Below, piece after piece: positions 58,317 through 64,000 of a DNA stretch of 64,000 bases; within the stretch, counting starts at the first letter, position 1, and the number at the start of each line of letters is the position of its first letter. This stretch comes from Candidatus Eremiobacteria bacterium (GTDB lineage Bacteria; Vulcanimicrobiota; Vulcanimicrobiia; Vulcanimicrobiales; Vulcanimicrobiaceae), in assembly GCA_963758295.1 (NCBI GenBank), contig CAVWUU010000004.1, positions 128,001-192,000 on the forward strand, given 5' to 3'. A model generated the notes under the pieces. That model saw only the letters and a program-made list of their open reading frames with translations, had not been told where the DNA came from and did no database searches. The translations under genes and the position numbers were made by a program.

Positions 58317-58380
58317 ACCGAATGATTTACTAGTTAGTATTCGGGCGGTGCTGTAACATATTTTATTACACCGGACAACT

Positions 58381-61300
58381 TTAACTACATCCGCATGTAG
58401 ATCCGCACGAATCGCATTTTTCGCAAGCGCCGTTGCGGACCATCGTGAGTTGGCCGCATTCGCCGCAAGCGTTGCCGGTGTAGCCTTTGGCTTTTGCGGC
58501 GTTGATCGCTTCGGTCTTGGGCATCGTAAGCGTTGGCGGGTGACGTAACAGTTCCGCGCGTAGTCGCTTGTGCCGGCGTGGCGATCGGTGGGACGAGCGC
58601 CGACTGCGGTTGCGCTTCCGTTTGCCCCGGACGCAGATGCGTCGAGACCGGATGGAATTGTTCGGCAACGCCGGCCGGACGCACGTTCGTCGGTCCCGGT
58701 TCCTCGGCCACGTAGTCGTCTTCCGCGTTGACGCCCATCGCATCCATCTCCATCGACGGCTGCACGTGCGCCAGGTCGTAGCGGCCGAGATAGCTCACGG
58801 CGAGCTCGCGGAAGATGTAGTCGAGCAGCGACGTCGCCATCTTGATGTTCTCGTGGCCGACGACCGGGCCGTTGGGCTCGAAGCGCGTGAACGTGAAAGC
58901 TTCCACGTACTCTTCGAGCGGCACGCCGTGCTGCAAGCCCAGACTGACCGCGATCGCGAAGTTGTTCATCAACGAACGGAAAGCGGCGCCTTCCTTATGC
59001 ATGTCGATGAAGATCTCGCCGAGCTGGCCGTTCTCGTACTCGCCGGTGCGCAGGTAGACTTTGTGGCCGCCGATGATCGCTTTTTGCGTGTAGCCGCTGC
59101 GGCGTTCCGGCATGCGGCGACGCTTGGCGATGTAGCGGTAGACGATCTTCTCGGCGATCTGCAGCGGCTGTTGGAACGGCTGCTGCGTCGCGACGATATC
59201 GTCGTCTTCGTCGCCGCCGCCGAAGTCGTAGCTCGCTGCAAGCGGTTGCGAGAGCTTGGAGCCGTCGCGATAGAGCGCGACCGCCTTGATCATGCGCTCC
59301 CAACTGTAGCGGTACGCTTCTTTGACTTCGGCGATCGAAGCCGTTTGCGGCAGGTTGATCGTCTTCGAGATTGCGCCCGAGACGAAAGGCTGCGCGGCCG
59401 CCATCATTTCGACGTGCGCGAGCGGACGGATGTAGCGCGATACCGTACTTGCCGCACGGCGTCGCGCAGTCGAAGACGGCGAGATGCTCGTCTTTGAGAT
59501 ACGGCGCGCCTTCGAGCGTCATGCGCCCGCAGATGTGCGCTGAGGCTTCCTCGATCTGCTGGTTGCTGAAGCCGAGGCCGTCGCGCAGGATGCGAGAAGC
59601 TCCAGTCGTTGAGCTGCTCGTCGGTGAGGCCGAGCTTCTCTTTGCAGAACTCTTCGCCGAGCACGAACTTGTTGAAGACGAACGGCAGCTCGAACGCGCT
59701 CGGCAGCGCCGCTTCGATCTTGGCAATCGCTTCGTCGTCGAAGCCTTTCGCTTTCAGCGTCGCGCGGTTGATGTGCGGCGCTTCGACCAGCGTGCCGGTG
59801 CCCTTGGCGTACGTTTCGATCGCGTTGATCTGCTCGTCGCTGTAGCCCAGGCGATGCAGCGCGGCGTCGACCGACTGATTGACGATCTTGAAGTAGCCGC
59901 CGCCGGCGAGCTTCTTGAACTTCACGAGCGCGAAGTCGGGCTCGATGCCGGTCGTGTCGCAGTCCATCACGAGCCCGATCGTGCCGGTCGGCGCGATCAC
60001 GACGGTTTGCGCGTTGCGGAAACCGGCGACTTCACCGATCGAGAGCGCGTCGTCCCACATCTTGCGGGCGAGCGCCCACGTCTCTTGCGTGAAGAGCGTG
60101 GGCGCATGCGTCACCGGTTTGACGCGTGAGGTCTTCGTACTCCGCATCCGGCGCATTGTATGCCGCGCGGCGATGATTGCGAATGACGCGCAGCATCGGC
60201 TCGCGGTTCGCTTCGAAGCGCTCGAACGCGCCGAGCTGTTGCGCCATTTCGGCCGACGTGCGATACGCGGTGCCGGTCATCAGCGCCGTAGATTGCCGCG
60301 CACCAGCCGAACGCCTCTTCGGAGTCGTACGGAAGGCCCATGCGCATCAGCAGCGTGCCGAGGTTTGCGTAGCCGAGGCCGAGCGTGCGATAGCCGTGAT
60401 TCTTCTCGGCGATCGTCTTCGACGGCATCTGACCCATCGTAACGGAGATCTCGAGCGTGGTCGTCCAAACGCGCGACGCTTCGGCAAAGCGCTGCCGCAT
60501 CGAACCCGCCGTTCGCGTTGTCTCGAACTTACGAGATTCAACTGACGCAAGATTACACGCCGTATCATCGATGAAGACGTATTCGCTGCACGGATTAGTA
60601 GCGTTGATGCGATCGTCGTTGGCGCACGTGTGCCACTCTTGAATCGTGTCGTCGTACTGCAGGCCGGGATCGGCGCACTGCCATGCTGCCAGCGCGATTT
60701 GTTCCCACAGATCCGTCGCCTTGATGGTCTTGACGGCATTGCCTTTGGTGCGCGAAATCAGCTCCCAGTTGCCGTCGCGATTGAGCGCGTCAAAGAACGC
60801 ATTGGGAATGCGAACCGAGTTGTTCGAGTTTTGGCCCGAAACGGTGCCGTAGGCTTCGGAATCCCAGCCGGTGTCGTACTGATCGACGAGGAGCGACGTG
60901 TAGCCTTGCTTCGCATAGTCCAACGCCTGCTGCGTGGCGCCGCTCGGAACGCCGGCGAGCGTCGCTTCGCGCAACGCTTTCCGCAGATGCGGATTCAGCG
61001 CAAGATCGAGGCGCGCGTGTTCCGGAATACGCGTGTCGCCGGCCGCCGCCATGATGGCATTCATATGCTGTTGCAGCATGCGCGAACCGATGACGAGATC
61101 GGCGACTTTGCGCTCTTCGCGCACTTTCCAGTTGACGAATTCTTCGATGTCGGGGTGATCGGCGTTGAGCACGACCATCTTGGCTGCGCGACGCGTCGTG
61201 CCGCCCGACTTGATGGCGCCGGCTGCGCGATCGAACACTTTGAGGAAAGACATCAAGCCCGACGACGTGCCGCCGCCGGTGAGTTTTTCGCCATGCGAAC

Positions 61301-61988
61301 GGATCTTCGAGAAGTTTGCGCCGGAGCCGGAGCCGCCCTTGAAGATACGCGCTTCGCGCACGATGCCGTCGAAGATGCCGCCTTCGTTTACGAGATCGTC
61401 TTCGATTGAAAGAATGAAGCACGCCGATACTTGGGGATGCTCAAACGCATTCGACGACTTGATGACTTCATCGGTACGCGGATCGACGAAGTAATGTCCT
61501 TGCGCCGGCCCGGCAATGCCGTACGCCCAATGCAAGCCGGTGTTGAACCACTGCGGCGAGTTCGGAGCACCGATCTGGCGCGCGAGCATTGCAGCCATCT
61601 CGCCGTAGTAAACTTTGGCGTCTTCCTCGGTATCGAAATAGCCGTACTTGAAGCCCCAATACGTCCAGCAGCCCGCGAGACGGTTGAAGACCTGGCGCGA
61701 GTCGCGCTCGGGGCCGAACGTGGCCTCCGGAGCGGGCTCAGAGCGCCAAAGCCATTCCGGCACGCCGTCTTCCTCAACCCGGACGGTCGAGGTGGGCACG
61801 CCGGCCTTGCGGCAATACTTCTGGGCCAGCACGTCGACGGCCACCTGGCTCCAGCCGGTGGGTACCATGATGTCTTTGGCTTCGAAAATCACCGAACCGT
61901 CGGGGTTGACGATGCGAGACGTGCGAGGCTCGAAAACGAGGCCCGCGTACGGGTCGCCGGACGCGGAATAAAGGCGGCGAAACTTCAT
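58381..61988 (-). CDS. nrdJ: Vitamin B12-dependent (class II) ribonucleotide reductase with fused C-terminal TSCPD/zinc-ribbon region; multiple frameshifts, probably sequencing errors
   Basis: [66 protein letters not shown]....MVRNG.C.KC..CG; spread over at least 6 frame segments. Confidence 0.92.
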
Positions 61989-62049
61989 GTTGAGCTGCTC
62001 CTTGCTCGATAGTATTGGCGACTTGCTGGACCAGTGGGCTTCTCTCCAT

Positions 62050-62062
62050 CGAACATATGTTC
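62050..62062. promoter_or_regulatory. Candidate LexA (Gram-positive-type SOS) box upstream of nrdJ
   Basis: CGAACATATGTTC = GAAC-N4-GTTC, with a perfect 12-bp palindrome core. Confidence 0.6.
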
Positions 62063-62117
62063 CCCTGGAGACGCCAAACCCGACGGGACACCTATTGTGT
62101 CACACCGGGCTCATTGG

Positions 62118-62132
62118 CACAAGATATTGTGG
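62118..62132 (-). promoter_or_regulatory. Candidate NrdR box upstream of nrdJ
   Basis: The minus strand reads CCACAATATCTTGTG versus the consensus acaCwAtATaTwGtg. A partial second copy (ACACAATAGGTGTCC) lies 32 bp away at 62086-62100. Confidence 0.65.
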
Positions 62133-62272
62133 TCGCTCTCTACAACTCCTTGTGCCTGGCCTGTGGATGCAGACAAATATCGGAGGATGGCCGGTGGAAG
62201 CTGGGCGGCCATCGTGGAGAGCCTGTGGAGCATTCCGAGGATACCGGGGATAGACGGTAAACGGAGGTGGCC

Positions 62273-62761
62273 ATGTTCGGTCCCGATCGCTACGTTACCC
62301 GGCTTGCTGACGTGCCGCATGAAGAACTCGAATCCGCAGGCATCACGGGTCTCATCGTGGACCTCGACAACACCCTGATGGGCTTCCGGCAGACGGAACT
62401 CTGCGCCGATCATCTCGCGTGGGTTGAACGCGCGCACGACCGGGGCTTTAAAATGGTGATGGTGTCGAATAATTTCACCGAACGAGTCACCGGCATCGCC
62501 AAGCAGCTGCGCATTCCGTGCATCCCCAATGCGCTCAAACCGCTGCCTTTCGGCGTCATGCGCGCTGTTCGAATGCTTGAATTGCCGCACGAAAAAATCG
62601 CCGTCGTCGGCGACCAGCTCTTCACCGACGTGCTTGCCGGGAAGATGTGCGGCTTGTATACCTTGCTCACCGAGCCCATCGAAGCGAAAGATTTCCCTAT
62701 TACAAAAGTCTTCCGGTTTCTCGAGAAATTGATGCTGCCGCAGAAGCCGTCGTCGCGATGA
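62273..62761 (+). CDS. yqeG: YqeG family HAD IIIA phosphatase
   Basis: DLDNTL, VSNN, A.KP.P, VGDQLFTDV.AG...G.YT.L..P; GGAGG RBS. Confidence 0.9.
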   Translation: MFGPDRYVTRLADVPHEELESAGITGLIVDLDNTLMGFRQTELCADHLAWVERAHDRGFKMVMVSNNFTERVTGIAKQLRIPCIPNALKPLPFGVMRAVRMLELPHEKIAVVGDQLFTDVLAGKMCGLYTLLTEPIEAKDFPITKVFRFLEKLMLPQKPSSR

Positions 62762-63519
62762 AACTTGCGCTGATCGGCGATCCCGTTTCGCATTCGCGCA
62801 GCCCCGAACTGCATCGCCGGTTCTTGCGCGAAGCCGAGATCGACGGCAGCTACGTAGCCATCCGCGTGCCGGCGGCCAACGTCATTCAAGTGGTGCGGCG
62901 CATGAAACTCGACGGGTACCTTGGCGTCAACGTCACCTATCCCCTAAAAGAAGAAGCGATTCGCGCGTGCGACACGCTTACCGATGAAGCGCAACGCGCC
63001 GATGCTGTAAACACCATCATTTTCGGACGCGAGATCCTCGGCCACAATACCGATGGCATCGGCGCGCGCGTCGCGCTCGAAGCCGCCATCGACGAAGAAT
63101 CGGTCGCGCTGAAGCGCATCGGCGTCCTCGGGTACGGCGCGACGGCGCGCGCCATTCTCGCGCAACTGCAAGAGAACGACGCGTACACGTTTGTGTGGGG
63201 ACGCGACAAGAAGAAGAGCGCCGCCGTCTGCGAGCGCTTCGAGGCCAAGCCGTGGCCATATGAAAATCCGCCGGAAATCGTGATCAGCACGCTGCCTCCC
63301 GACACGCGCCTCGAGCCGGATATTCTGCAAAACGTCATTGCTGCCGACGTCGTGATGGACGCAAATTACGGCGAACGTTCGACACTGCATCGCCAGCTCG
63401 ATCGCGAAGTGATTCCGGGCGACGCGATGTTGGAAGCACAGGCACGCGCATCGTTCGACTTTTGGTTAGCCCACCTCGACGGCGTCGCGCCCGAAGAAGC
63501 GCCGCACCTAACACTCTAG
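62758..63519 (+). CDS. aroE: Shikimate dehydrogenase
   Basis: IGDPVSHSRSP.LH, G.NVT.P.K, AVNT, GHNTDG.G, LGYGATARA, G..ML..QA..SF..W; follows yqeG. Confidence 0.9.
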   Translation: MKLALIGDPVSHSRSPELHRRFLREAEIDGSYVAIRVPAANVIQVVRRMKLDGYLGVNVTYPLKEEAIRACDTLTDEAQRADAVNTIIFGREILGHNTDGIGARVALEAAIDEESVALKRIGVLGYGATARAILAQLQENDAYTFVWGRDKKKSAAVCERFEAKPWPYENPPEIVISTLPPDTRLEPDILQNVIAADVVMDANYGERSTLHRQLDREVIPGDAMLEAQARASFDFWLAHLDGVAPEEAPHLTL

Positions 63520-63521
63520 AC

Positions 63522-63641
63522 ATGGCGTTTGCCGGCTTCGTTCGGGCCGCGCTCGCCGGCGCGAGTTTTGGTACCACGTCCTTTTACTTTTTGATTTATG
63601 CCGTCATTGCCGCTATCGGCGGGACGATTGAAGGGCGTTAA
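63522..63641 (+). CDS. Possible small hydrophobic protein (39 aa)
   Basis: MAFAGFVRAALAGASFGTTSFYFLIYAVIAAIGGTIEGR, starting 2 nt after the aroE stop. Confidence 0.3.
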   Translation: MAFAGFVRAALAGASFGTTSFYFLIYAVIAAIGGTIEGR

Positions 63642-63768
63642 AGGCTAGCGCTTTTGGTCCGGGACTGCACCGACGGAACAGCGGTTCCAATCGACGCGCG
63701 CGTAGGCGTTCGCATCTTCCGGGATGATGTGGACACGACGTTACGGAGAGCCACGAAGTACCCGGACG

Positions 63769-64000
63769 CTAAGGTGATGCGGGGTCTAACCAGCGCGCAA
63801 TATTGCGCACGTACTCTTTGAAGATCTCGAAGCGTTCAGGGTCGTCCGCGATTCCATGTCCCGGTTTATCGGTAACAAAAGACGGGCTGCCTTTCGCCGT
63901 GTTCCAATTGAGATCGACGAAATGATGGAACGTCGATTCCGCCACCGCGCGCCCCATCGAGCTGCTGCTCGTGGAGCACGGCTCCCCTTCAATGGCGACG
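63769..64000 (-). CDS. 3' end of a hypothetical protein entering from beyond the window
   Basis: The open frame runs to the window edge: ...VAIEGE...GRAVAESTFHHFVDLNW....G.PSFVTD.PG......YVRNIARWL. Confidence 0.65.
   Translation of the reverse strand, partial: VAIEGEPCSTSSSSMGRAVAESTFHHFVDLNWNTAKGSPSFVTDKPGHGIADDPERFEIFKEYVRNIARWLDPASP

Noticed and set aside
58381..61988. Intein, intron or programmed frameshifting in nrdJ
   Set aside because: No intein or homing-endonuclease insert is visible, and the indels are numerous, lack slippery motifs and include compensating scrambles, which fits sequencing error.
61989..62272. Cobalamin riboswitch upstream of nrdJ
   Set aside because: No B12-box or recognisable riboswitch core was seen; the region is better explained by the LexA- and NrdR-like sites.
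1..64000. CRISPR array, IS element or rRNA
   Set aside because: No regularly spaced direct repeats, transposase motifs or rRNA signatures were noticed.

Overview
Chromosomal window from a GC-rich bacterium. Gene content and style suggest a Terrabacteria lineage, probably Ca. Eremiobacterota/Vulcanimicrobiota; this is an inference, not a search result. The core portion (1-18 kb) holds cbs plus the start of a metB-like gene, yvcK-rapZ, RNase P RNA, tRNA-Ala(GGC)/Ala(UGC), tRNA-Ile(GAU) and the DUF177-rpmF-fabH-fabD-fabG-acpP-ffh-rpsP-khpA-rimM block. The middle (18-50 kb) is a mixed run of enzymes, transporters and secreted proteins, including an amino-sugar cluster (GH20, SIS protein, APC permease, discoidin-containing glycoside hydrolase). 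An accessory-looking block follows (about 47-58 kb) with an internally deleted uvrA paralog, two PDZ-multipass-GAF receptors lacking an output domain, a serine-hydrolase remnant and a CPCC Cys-rich protein. The window ends with a frameshift-riddled class II ribonucleotide reductase (nrdJ; candidate LexA and NrdR boxes upstream), yqeG and aroE. Best candidates for undescribed biology are (i) an operon of a g-type-lysozyme/SLT enzyme plus two small paralogous helical proteins resembling secretion-filament subunits, (ii) the output-less PDZ-TM-GAF receptors, and (iii) a three-member secreted protein family. Several 1-nt indels look like long-read assembly errors. No CRISPR array, rRNA, transposase or integrase was seen.
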